From contig JAWOBN010000028.1 in the NCBI GenBank assembly GCA_046484245.1, positions 1 to 16,212 on the forward strand: DNA of 16,212 nucleotides. Direction: 5' to 3'. The position numbers and the translations under genes are program-made. The stretch comes from a bacterium. Lineage in GTDB: Bacteria; Hydrothermota; 32-111. Shown piece after piece: positions 1-8,825 of this stretch. Under the pieces are notes generated by a model, which made no database searches, was not told where the DNA came from, and saw only the letters and a list, made by a program, of their open reading frames with translations. Position 1 is the stretch's first letter. Every line of letters begins with the position of its first letter.

Positions 1-567
1 GGCAATATCACGGAGCCATTTGGAGCCATTCCTGCCCGGTGCAATAACAATACTTTCTGCAGTGAGATTATTGCCTTTGTCAGTAATGACCTCAACAGTA
101 TCACTGTCTCTGATAATATCAACAACAGTTTCCGACAGGCGGAATGAGCAGCCTTTATCTTCAAGGTAATTTCTGAAATTGTTGATGATTGTCTTGGACA
201 TGTCTGTGCCTATATGCCTCTGTCTGGCAGGAATGAGCTGAACATCATTCCGCTGAGCCCTGTCAGTCCATTCCCTGTACATTGCGGGATTGGTGCCGTA
301 CAGTTCAGCAGGCGCCCCGAATTTGAGGAATACAGAATCAATTTTCTCAATATACTCTTCCGCTTCCTCTCTTGACAACGCCAGTTCATCTATGTCCATG
401 CCTATGTCAGGTGTAAGATTGAGTTTACAGTCATTGAGAAGCCCGCCTGAGGGGAATTTATTCTTGTCAATAATGAGCACATTGCCGGTGCCATTCTCAA
501 TAAGATGATATGCGCAGAATAGTCCTGCAGGACCCGAACCTATGATTATTGTTTTGTAATCAGACAT
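1..567 (-). CDS. FAD-dependent oxidoreductase (COG2509-like), 5' part only, runs off the left edge
   Basis: Manual translation from ATG at 567 is open for 189 codons to position 1: MSDYKTIIIGSGPAGLFCAYHL (GxGxxG Rossmann motif), NDCKLNLT, RQRHIGTD, IVIAPGRNG. AAGGA SD just upstream. Absent from the ORF track because the stop lies outside the window. Confidence 0.88.
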   Translation of the reverse strand, partial: MSDYKTIIIGSGPAGLFCAYHLIENGTGNVLIIDKNKFPSGGLLNDCKLNLTPDIGMDIDELALSREEAEEYIEKIDSVFLKFGAPAELYGTNPAMYREWTDRAQRNDVQLIPARQRHIGTDMSKTIINNFRNYLEDKGCSFRLSETVVDIIRDSDTVEVITDKGNNLTAESIVIAPGRNGSKWLRDIA

Positions 568-596
568 TGAATTTCCTTGTTATATTACAGATATAA

Positions 597-624
597 ATTC
601 TAAGCAACCAGTATCATCTGTCAA
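597..624 (-). promoter_or_regulatory. Putative sigma70 promoter for the FAD oxidoreductase
   Basis: Minus strand TTGACA (624-619), 16-nt spacer, TAGAAT (602-597), about 30 nt upstream of the ATG. Confidence 0.55.
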
Positions 625-684
625 GCGGATTATTGATTTTAATAAGGATATTGAATTGCCGCAATACAATAATTACTGTGCTTA

Positions 685-713
685 TTGCCAAAATGAATTT
701 TTGCTGGTATTAT
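685..713 (+). promoter_or_regulatory. Putative sigma70 promoter with extended -10 for the cyclase-STAND-TPR gene
   Basis: TTGCCA (685-690), 17-nt spacer, TATTAT (708-713), TG at 705-706; GAGGA SD at 728-732 before ATG 739. Confidence 0.55.
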
Positions 714-738
714 TGCTTATAAATACAGAGGACTTTTC

Positions 739-3700
739 ATGTATAATAAAGAGGAAATCAGATTCATACCGTCTTTCATCATTGACAAATACTTATCTGA
801 TGAATACAGCGGCACACTCAATGGTTCTATTCTCATATCCGATATCAGCGGATTCACACATCTCACAGAATCCCTCTTCAGGCTGAAAAAAGAGGGTGCG
901 GAAGAACTCTCTGATATTTTGAAGAATATATTCACCAAAATGATATATACTGTTTACGAGAACAATGGCTTTATTGCAAATTTTGCAGGTGATGCCTTCA
1001 CAGCTGTATTCCCTTCAGATAATGGATATAGAGCCCGGATATCTGCCGAGAGTATCCGTAAGAGGATACCGGATAAAGTGTCTGCAGACGGCAATGAGTA
1101 CAGTCTGGGGGTCAAATCCGGTATTGACCGGGGTGAAATCACATGGCAGATACTGGGGAATAATCCCTATTCCTATCTGTTCAGCGGTCAGACAGTGATG
1201 AATGCAGCAAAAGCTCAATCAGATGCAGTTACAGGAGAAATTGCAGTGAATTGTCAAATTGATTCAGCTCAAAGTGCTGACACCAAGACGCATTATACTG
1301 ATCAGGACAGCCGGAAGGCAATTGAGAGATTATTCTATAATGAAGATTATATGGAGAACATTGAATATCCAGAATTCAGGGATGTGTCATCCGTCTTCAT
1401 ATCTTTCAGGGATATTGAGGATATGAATCTGTTTGTGAATGATATTATTGAATCATCAGATAAATTCGGCGGATATTTCAATCTCATTGATTCAGGGGAT
1501 AAGGGGAATGTTGTATTCACTATCTTCGGAGCCCCTGTTTCCAATGAGGATGACATACTGAGAAGCATAAATTATGCCAGTCATATAAGGGGTAGATACC
1601 GCAAGAATGTCAGAATAGGCATTACATACGGGAGTGTGTTTGCAGGATTCATTGGCTCAAATATCAGAGGGCATTACACAGTAATAGGGGACAAGGTCAA
1701 TATTGCAGCCCGGTTCATGTCACGAGCCGACTGGGGAGACATATGGATATCAGAGAATATGGGAAGGAGTGTTCTGAATGATTTCCTCATTGAATACGGG
1801 GGCAGTCTGGAACTGAAGGGCAAGCAGGATGCAATCCCCTATTATATGCTGAAGGAACGGAGAAAGACCGGAGGCGCATTATTTTTTGAAAATCAGTTTG
1901 TGGGCAGAGATGAGGAGATTGATTCGATTAAATCATTTATTGATGAAATCAACAGGAAACACTCAACAGGGTTAGTCAATATCAGCGGTGAGGCAGGTAT
2001 AGGAAAAACCCGGTTTATCTATATGTTACAGTCAATACTGACGGATTACAAACTGATATATCTCAAATGTGATGAGATACTTGCCAAGAGTCTCAATCCC
2101 ATTGAATCATTCTTTGAATATATTTTTGAGATCTCGGGTGCTGATAATGATGTGAACAGCAAGGAAATATTTGATGAACACTTCTCCGGTCTTATCAATT
2201 CTGTTGAAAAGGATGAAAACAGTAAGTATCTCACTCATCAGCTGTCAAGATTGAAGTATGTGATTGAGGGCTTCATGGGAATTAATGAGAATGCCGCTTA
2301 CCGGCTCCTTGACGGTAAAGCCCGTTTCAGCAACATACTGCAGTCATTCATATATTTAATGAAGATCATTGCAGGCAATAAAAAACTGTTCATTGTAATT
2401 GATGATTTCCAGTGGATTGACGCAGACACAAACTCTGTGATAAGTGATATGCTCAATCAGATCAGTAATGAACACCCCGTCCTGTGTCTCTTGCAGAGGC
2501 CTGACAGCGGCATTGATATATCCTCATTAAAACCGGACAATACGGAGCAACTGAATATTCATCTGAAGAGATTTTCACAGAATGATAATACTGCATATAT
2601 AAAGAGCCTCCTTCCTTACAAACCGGATAAGCATCTCAGTGATATGATAACTGAAATGTCAGAGGGTAATCCATTCTATATAGAGCAGATTGTCCTGTAT
2701 CTTCTGGAACATGATCTTATTGATTATGCCAATGAACAGTCTGTTCTGAAAGCAAAAGATATTGATATCCCGTCAGGCATATCAGGTATTATCATATCCA
2801 GAATTGATAAATTATCAAATGATGTGAAGCAGGCAATAAAGTATGCCTCTGTTCTGGGCAGGGAGTTCAATATCAAAATACTCTCCGATATGCTGAAAAG
2901 CAGTACAATTGACAGTTACCTGAAGGCGGGGAATACAGAGAGGATATGGGATCCCCTGACAGAGATCCAGTATATTTTCAAGCATGCATTGATAAGGGAA
3001 GCAGTGTATAAGATGCAGATGAATAAAAGGCTCAAACAGCTTCATCTGACTGCAGGCAATATTATTGAAGAATATTACAGGCATGATGCGCGGATGTACT
3101 CCAATCTGTCATATCATTTTGAGAAAGGTGAGTCCGGAGACAAGATGCTCTTCTATACGAAGAAAGCAGCTGAATATGCTGCAGACAATTATATGAATAT
3201 GGAAGCCATTGATATGTACACCAAATACATAGAACATGAAAAGGACCCTGAAAGTATTCATTGGGCTGTACTGAAACGCGGAGAGACATTTGAAATAATC
3301 GGGGAATGGAAAAAAGCAATTGAGAATTATGAACAGGCGCTTGAATACAGCAGTAAACACAATAATAGAGAGATGCTCGCGGAATCATATAACAGGAAAG
3401 GGTTCATACTGCACAGAATGGGCAATAATGAGGAAGCATTGAGGTGTTTTGAAAAAGCAGAGGAAATTTACAGAACTGAGAACATGACAAGGGGTCTTGC
3501 AACAGTGCACAATAATCTCGGCAGTGCCTTTATGGGTCTCAATGATATGGAAAAATCAGAGTATCATTTCAAGAAATGCCTGGAAATCTTGAAGGATGGT
3601 GACGGGGATAGAAAAAAGATTATGATTAGAATGTTTGCACACAATAATCTGGGGCTCTATTATCAAAGAAAACATGATCTGGATAATGCCTCACTGCATT

Positions 3701-4602
3701 ACAAAGAGAGTCTGGACATTGCCCATAAACTTAAATTCAGGAGGAATCTGGCAAGCCTCAATTTCGGTAATATTATGTATCTCAAGGGTGATATTGAAAA
3801 AGCTGAGTCATACTACAATAAAGCGAAAGGGAATGCAGAGCAGATAGGAGACAGGCATCTCCTGAGGGTGATAATGAATAATCTCGGTGCTATTTCAACT
3901 GCCAGATGTGAATATGAACAGGCAATGGCAATTTACAGAGAGGCGCTTTCACTTGCAGAGAATATGAATGACAGGCAGGGCATAAGAATACTCAGTCAGA
4001 ATATGGGAGAGATAAATTCCTATCTCGGTGATTATGACAGTGCTGAGCAGTACATGAGAAGAGCTGTTGATACAGCGGAGACCATGAGTGACAAGAAGGC
4101 AATGGGGACAGCAAACGGGAAACTCGGCATAATATTATTTGAACAGGGGCTCTTTTCAAAGAGCATTGATTATCTTAAGAGAGGCATTGAACTGTCTCTG
4201 GAGTCGGAGAATTATTCTGCAGCATTTGAATTGCTTTTCCGCCTTTCTTTAATTTACGCGCAGGACAGGAGAATTGAGGAGACGGGTAATGTCCTGAATA
4301 AGATGAAGAATATCCCCCAACAATTCATTGAGGGTGACTCCATGTACTGTATTCCGCTTATTGAATCATATATACTGTATATGAATGGGAAAACAGACAG
4401 TGCATATAGTGCAGCGCAGTCAGTAATAGACAATTTCAAGGATACGGAGGGTGCAGCAATTGCCAATATGCTGCAGTATGAGATCAATGGACTCAGTGAG
4501 AACAGGGCGGAAGCACTTGATATCTATAAGAGGATCTATGAATCCAGACCCATAGCGTATTATAAGAATATTATTGATTCAATGATTCAGGATATGGGTT
4601 AA
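739..4602 (+). CDS. Tandem class III adenylate/guanylate cyclase + STAND (AAA_16-type) NTPase + TPR protein, sAC/ADCY10-like architecture
   Basis: C1 domain: SDISGFT (D35) and FAGDA (D85). C2 domain: GDKG (K255), FGAP, RIGITYG, HYTVIGDKVNIAARFM (T314, N321, R325). FVGRDEE, Walker A GEAGIGKT (nt 1987-2010), Walker B FIVIDDFQWID, GNPFY, winged-helix YIFKHALIREAVY. The C-terminal third has many TPR-like repeats. Confidence 0.92.
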   Translation: MYNKEEIRFIPSFIIDKYLSDEYSGTLNGSILISDISGFTHLTESLFRLKKEGAEELSDILKNIFTKMIYTVYENNGFIANFAGDAFTAVFPSDNGYRARISAESIRKRIPDKVSADGNEYSLGVKSGIDRGEITWQILGNNPYSYLFSGQTVMNAAKAQSDAVTGEIAVNCQIDSAQSADTKTHYTDQDSRKAIERLFYNEDYMENIEYPEFRDVSSVFISFRDIEDMNLFVNDIIESSDKFGGYFNLIDSGDKGNVVFTIFGAPVSNEDDILRSINYASHIRGRYRKNVRIGITYGSVFAGFIGSNIRGHYTVIGDKVNIAARFMSRADWGDIWISENMGRSVLNDFLIEYGGSLELKGKQDAIPYYMLKERRKTGGALFFENQFVGRDEEIDSIKSFIDEINRKHSTGLVNISGEAGIGKTRFIYMLQSILTDYKLIYLKCDEILAKSLNPIESFFEYIFEISGADNDVNSKEIFDEHFSGLINSVEKDENSKYLTHQLSRLKYVIEGFMGINENAAYRLLDGKARFSNILQSFIYLMKIIAGNKKLFIVIDDFQWIDADTNSVISDMLNQISNEHPVLCLLQRPDSGIDISSLKPDNTEQLNIHLKRFSQNDNTAYIKSLLPYKPDKHLSDMITEMSEGNPFYIEQIVLYLLEHDLIDYANEQSVLKAKDIDIPSGISGIIISRIDKLSNDVKQAIKYASVLGREFNIKILSDMLKSSTIDSYLKAGNTERIWDPLTEIQYIFKHALIREAVYKMQMNKRLKQLHLTAGNIIEEYYRHDARMYSNLSYHFEKGESGDKMLFYTKKAAEYAADNYMNMEAIDMYTKYIEHEKDPESIHWAVLKRGETFEIIGEWKKAIENYEQALEYSSKHNNREMLAESYNRKGFILHRMGNNEEALRCFEKAEEIYRTENMTRGLATVHNNLGSAFMGLNDMEKSEYHFKKCLEILKDGDGDRKKIMIRMFAHNNLGLYYQRKHDLDNASLHYKESLDIAHKLKFRRNLASLNFGNIMYLKGDIEKAESYYNKAKGNAEQIGDRHLLRVIMNNLGAISTARCEYEQAMAIYREALSLAENMNDRQGIRILSQNMGEINSYLGDYDSAEQYMRRAVDTAETMSDKKAMGTANGKLGIILFEQGLFSKSIDYLKRGIELSLESENYSAAFELLFRLSLIYAQDRRIEETGNVLNKMKNIPQQFIEGDSMYCIPLIESYILYMNGKTDSAYSAAQSVIDNFKDTEGAAIANMLQYEINGLSENRAEALDIYKRIYESRPIAYYKNIIDSMIQDMG

Positions 4603-4614
4603 ACCGTATTTCTT

Positions 4615-5754
4615 TTATTTCATCCGGGCAAATATATCCTCTAGTGTATCCCTTGTCATATCAATATTCCTCCGAGAGGCAGTTGAGATGATGCTGCTTA
4701 AAATACCCTCATCAATATCCGTGATACCGGCATCCTCAAGTGAGACAGGGGCATCAAATGATGCGAATGTTTCCCTGAGCTTCCTGACTGTCTCTTCGGC
4801 ATTGTCCACACCGAATATCATTGAACCGAGTTTTTCTATCTTCTTCCTGTATACATCAATATTGACTGCCAGCCACGCAGGTATGACAATGGACAGGCTT
4901 GCCCCATGGGGTGTATTGTAATAAGCGGAGAGCCCGTGCCCTATCATGTGATTTTCAAACCTGTATCTCCCTATGCCTGCTGTAAGTATGCCGTTGAGAG
5001 CCAGTGTGGATGCCCACATGATATTGCTCCGCGCATCTATGTCCTGAGGATTCTTCATGAGTATGCGGGTATTGTCAATGACTGTCTTGACAATCACACC
5101 CGTAAAACCGTCCTGTATGGGTGTGTTGCTGTCCGAGGAAGTGAAATAACCCTCTATTGCATGAGCAATAATATCCACACCGGAGTAGCCGGTGTATTCT
5201 CTGTTGACTGTCAGTGTCAGTTCCGGGTCCTCTATTGTGAATTGCGGGTACATAAAAGGAGATGATATGCCGACCTTTTCCTTTTCATCGGGATTTGTTA
5301 TTACGGATATGGGATTCATCTCACTGCCTGTTGCTGCTATTGTCAGTATTACGCCAATGGGCAGTCCGGTCCGGGGCTTTGCGTCACCGGTGTAGAAGTC
5401 CCATACATCACCGTCATAGGAGCAGCCTGCGGCAATTGCCTTGGCTGTGTCAATGACACTCCCTCCCCCTGCTGCCAGTATGAACTTGATATTGCTCTGC
5501 CTTGCCGTTTCAATGCCCTCTCTCACCTTGTCAATCTCCGGATTGGACTTCACACCATCCAGTATGAAATACTCTCCGCTGTTATTGTCAAGCATTGTCT
5601 CAATTCTTGCCAATGTGCCTGTCTTCTTGAGACTGCTCCTGCCTGTTACAATAAGCACAGGACTCTCATAATCATCCATTATACCGGCCAGTTTGTCCAG
5701 CATTCCCTCTCCGAAATGCATCCTTACAGGATTATAGTATGTAAAGGGCTTCAT
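4615..5754 (-). CDS. Iron-containing alcohol dehydrogenase (butanol dehydrogenase/YqhD-like, probably NADPH-preferring)
   Basis: GGGSVIDTAK, TIAATGSEMN; metal ligands in DIIAH and HMIGH...PHG. TGRSS has Gly rather than Asp at the cofactor-discriminating loop. AAGGAG SD upstream. Confidence 0.93.
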   Translation of the reverse strand: MKPFTYYNPVRMHFGEGMLDKLAGIMDDYESPVLIVTGRSSLKKTGTLARIETMLDNNSGEYFILDGVKSNPEIDKVREGIETARQSNIKFILAAGGGSVIDTAKAIAAGCSYDGDVWDFYTGDAKPRTGLPIGVILTIAATGSEMNPISVITNPDEKEKVGISSPFMYPQFTIEDPELTLTVNREYTGYSGVDIIAHAIEGYFTSSDSNTPIQDGFTGVIVKTVIDNTRILMKNPQDIDARSNIMWASTLALNGILTAGIGRYRFENHMIGHGLSAYYNTPHGASLSIVIPAWLAVNIDVYRKKIEKLGSMIFGVDNAEETVRKLRETFASFDAPVSLEDAGITDIDEGILSSIISTASRRNIDMTRDTLEDIFARMK

Positions 5755-5773
5755 TATAACTCCTTGCTATGAA

Positions 5774-6907
5774 TTAGAAGAGATACTGAATCTGTAATGT
5801 GTAAATGGGGGGCAGACCGGAGAAATCGTCCTCACTGTCACCTGTAAAAAAGAGACCTGTGAGGGAGAATTTGAGATTATCCTCTGCATTGAACCTGATG
5901 CTCATTGCATTGAGTATTGACAGGTCAACTGCATTGAGCATTGTCATTGTCTCAGCTGAGAATTTCCCCTCTCTGTTATAGGCGGCAATGCCTGAAATAT
6001 AATGCCTGCCTATGAGGAAATCACTGTTGATATACCTTGAAATAATATCAAGTGCAGAATAGGGAGCTGATTTGCCATTGGATTTATATATGTATTCACC
6101 CATTAGATACAATTTATCAAAGAATGTGTAATCAATACCTGCTGTTACAAAATACTTGGAAAAATCATCCTGTGATTCCCTTATATGGTAATCCATATCA
6201 GCAAAATAATCCACCTCCAGCCAGAGTCCCGGTCCATTGTAATCAGTGATTATGCCTGCTGACAACATACTGTATTCAATTGTGTCGGAACTGAAGAGAC
6301 CCTGACGGAAATCAAAATAATGGGCAATGTGGAATTTGACGGATGAGAATTCATTGATATTCTCAAACATCAGACCCTGTTTTGTCTTTTCGTAATCAGT
6401 ATGGTCCTCATATATAAAACCCGCTGTATTATTGCCCTGAGATGCTTTGAGATAAATACCGTCAACACCCTCCCTGATATAGTTCAAATTTATCGGATTA
6501 TTCTCCCCGAATATATCTATGGGGGAATACACCTCGGAGAGTCCCCATTTGACAGAGAATCTGCCTATCTTGAGATTGACGAATCTGTAGAACAGTGAGA
6601 GATATATCTGATTTATACTGTATTCATTATTCAGTGCATAATAATCTGGCATATACTGCATAATGGACTCGGGGAACCAGTCCGGATAGGGTATGTAGTA
6701 TCTGGGTGAGCCTATATAAAACAATCCCAGTCCCTGTATATACATTGTAGCAGGGCCTGACATATGCCTTGCATTGAGAGTAATGCGGTTTTCACCATAT
6801 GCATTGATTGACTGATAGTAATAGTAATTATAATTATAATCACCTGAGAAATTCAGACCGGAGAGTATTGCCGGCAGTATGGCAAACAGAATGATATATC
6901 TCTTCAT
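5774..6907 (-). CDS. Secreted hypothetical protein, probable outer-membrane beta-barrel
   Basis: Signal peptide MKRYIILFAILPAILSG; alternating aromatic/hydrophobic strands (LKIGRFSVKWG, GIDYTF, LMGEYIY); C-terminus YTLQIQYLF resembles a Bam beta-signal. ATGA overlap with the upstream gene. Confidence 0.7.
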   Translation of the reverse strand: MKRYIILFAILPAILSGLNFSGDYNYNYYYYQSINAYGENRITLNARHMSGPATMYIQGLGLFYIGSPRYYIPYPDWFPESIMQYMPDYYALNNEYSINQIYLSLFYRFVNLKIGRFSVKWGLSEVYSPIDIFGENNPINLNYIREGVDGIYLKASQGNNTAGFIYEDHTDYEKTKQGLMFENINEFSSVKFHIAHYFDFRQGLFSSDTIEYSMLSAGIITDYNGPGLWLEVDYFADMDYHIRESQDDFSKYFVTAGIDYTFFDKLYLMGEYIYKSNGKSAPYSALDIISRYINSDFLIGRHYISGIAAYNREGKFSAETMTMLNAVDLSILNAMSIRFNAEDNLKFSLTGLFFTGDSEDDFSGLPPIYTLQIQYLF

Positions 6908-7623
6908 CTTTCAAAATAGGTTTTTGTGAAATATTGATTTGATATGCCTGCATTCATCTCCACATCCGTATATTTGATTTTTGTGTATGAATCCTGTTTG
7001 AGATTGTCATGCATCCGCATTTCTGTGGGTATATATCTGCCCTGCTTTTCAGTATAATCCTCAATAAAGAATTCCTTGAGCAGACGGCCGGATGATGAGT
7101 AGATTTCCTCTTTTACAGGAAGGAAGATATCCTTTCTGATATACGCCTTCACATGCTTATAGGGCGCCTCCTTGCTCTTTGCCTTCATGTCAACAACATA
7201 GAGTGTGTCACTGTATGTCAGGTCAAGTGAATAGAGTTCATCCGAGTGCTGATTCTCAGACATATCCTCATAGGAGAAATCGCTGCCCATGAAACCCTCT
7301 TTGAGCATATGGCCCTTTATTCTGATGGAACGCCCTGCACTGGGTATATAGAGCCACATCTGGCCCTCTTTCTTCATGAATCTGTTTATATGGCCTGTTG
7401 ATGACTGATTGATCTCAATAAGCACATTATTCTCATCCTTCATGTAAATGTCCATCTTCATTGTGCGTATATCACTGTCTTCCTTTATTGTCATCTCAGC
7501 ATCAAATTTCATATTTTCAAAGACCATATTCCTGTCCATCTTCTCTATTATCTCATCCACGGTTATTGCAGATGAAAGTACATAACTCAGCAGCAGAATC
7601 ATAATAATCAATATCTTTTTCAT
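6904..7623 (-). CDS. LolA-like periplasmic protein ('outer membrane lipoprotein-sorting protein' family), 239 aa
   Basis: Start reassigned to ATG 7623 (GAGGGGG SD, 2 nt after the upstream stop, signal peptide MKKILIIMILLLSYVLSSA). Family motifs MWLYIPS, FMGSDFSYEDM, G-LLK and C-terminal FTKTYFER. Confidence 0.85.
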   Translation of the reverse strand: MKKILIIMILLLSYVLSSAITVDEIIEKMDRNMVFENMKFDAEMTIKEDSDIRTMKMDIYMKDENNVLIEINQSSTGHINRFMKKEGQMWLYIPSAGRSIRIKGHMLKEGFMGSDFSYEDMSENQHSDELYSLDLTYSDTLYVVDMKAKSKEAPYKHVKAYIRKDIFLPVKEEIYSSSGRLLKEFFIEDYTEKQGRYIPTEMRMHDNLKQDSYTKIKYTDVEMNAGISNQYFTKTYFER

Positions 7624-7625
7624 TT

Positions 7626-8825
7626 TTACCCCCTCAAGACCTCTGCAGGCCTTATGCGCCAGATTCTTTTGATTAAAAAGAGTGATGAGAACATGCCTGA
7701 GGCAATACCCATTATTACAGCAATTGTCACATTGAATATACTCAGTTCCGTGTACCACACAGAACCTATGGGCATTTCAATCTGCTGCATTGCCTTTGTG
7801 AAATCCATACCATTTACCTGGAAATAATATGTCAGGAGTGACCCCATCAGAACACCTATTATAACACCCATCAGTGTAATGAATATTGTCTCCAGTATGA
7901 ATACTGTGAATACATGCCTGTTCTTCAGTCCGAGTGATTTCATCATACCTATCTCCTTGGTTCTCTCGTAGAGAGCCATTACCATTGTATTGATTATTGC
8001 AATGGATGCTATTGCAAAGAGAATGGCAAGGAATATATAGACAAATGAGGATCCGATCTCAATGTATTTCATAAGGGATTCGCCTTCAAGATAATATGCA
8101 ATATCAATATCCTCCCTCTCCGGCAACAGGTTTTGGACTGCCTGATATGTCCCGGGAGGGGATGATGATATGATCATCAGTTCTGTTGCCTGGTTTTCAT
8201 TATAAGCCAGAAGAAACTGCGCATCCTTCAAATGCAGGAATACAGTGGATTTCCCTATGTAATTTATATTTGTTTCATAGAATTCATTTGCTTCAAGTGT
8301 CAATCCATTGAGATAACCGTATCGTGTCGGTGTTATTATAACAACACTGTCACCTTTCTTTATGCCGTATTCATCAGCAAATTGACGGCCGAGGAGTATC
8401 TCTCCCTTTTTCAGGTCTGTATTCCTGAGGAATTTATTGTCCAGTTCCCTCTCGGGCAGGAGGCCTATTATCATCATGCCGTCTGCTTCCTTATCCTCCT
8501 TTGCCACCAGTCCGCCGAATTTTGTTCTCGGTCTAAGCACCTCTATACCGGGAGCAGACTGAATCTTCTCTTCAATCTCTGTGTAATTGATGAACTTATT
8601 TACAGGCATTAGGCGTTCCTTCTTGATATATTCCTTCTCCACAATGCGTATATGGGCTGTCCTCATGTCCAGTATTGTGCTTTTCATTGGCGCATAAACA
8701 CCATCCATGAAACCCTTGCCGAATATCACTGTAATGACAGCAATAGCAATACCCAGTCCTGTGAGCAATGTCCTTCTCTTGTTCCTGAAAATATTCTTCA
8801 GTGACAGCAACAGTATGAATTTCAT
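7626..8825 (-). CDS. ABC transporter permease, FtsX/LolC/LolE (MacB superfamily)
   Basis: KNIFRNKRRTLLT plus TM1, large periplasmic domain, INTMVMALYERTKEIGMMKSLG, three C-terminal TM helices, ends RPAEVLRG. Confidence 0.93.
   Translation of the reverse strand: MKFILLLSLKNIFRNKRRTLLTGLGIAIAVITVIFGKGFMDGVYAPMKSTILDMRTAHIRIVEKEYIKKERLMPVNKFINYTEIEEKIQSAPGIEVLRPRTKFGGLVAKEDKEADGMMIIGLLPERELDNKFLRNTDLKKGEILLGRQFADEYGIKKGDSVVIITPTRYGYLNGLTLEANEFYETNINYIGKSTVFLHLKDAQFLLAYNENQATELMIISSSPPGTYQAVQNLLPEREDIDIAYYLEGESLMKYIEIGSSFVYIFLAILFAIASIAIINTMVMALYERTKEIGMMKSLGLKNRHVFTVFILETIFITLMGVIIGVLMGSLLTYYFQVNGMDFTKAMQQIEMPIGSVWYTELSIFNVTIAVIMGIASGMFSSLFLIKRIWRIRPAEVLRG

Noticed and set aside
290..508. 72-aa plus-strand ORF
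   Set aside because: Antisense shadow of the FAD oxidoreductase at 1-567.
739..4602. Calling the cyclase gene a Pycsar, CBASS or Avs defence system
   Set aside because: No adjacent effector or other defence genes, and the Lys/Thr specificity residues point to ATP rather than pyrimidine substrates.
7624..7758. N-terminal extension of the LolA-like ORF in the track, including an apparent CDNCC motif
   Set aside because: It overlaps the permease in another frame; ATG 7623 has the SD and signal peptide, so the Cys cluster is an artefact.
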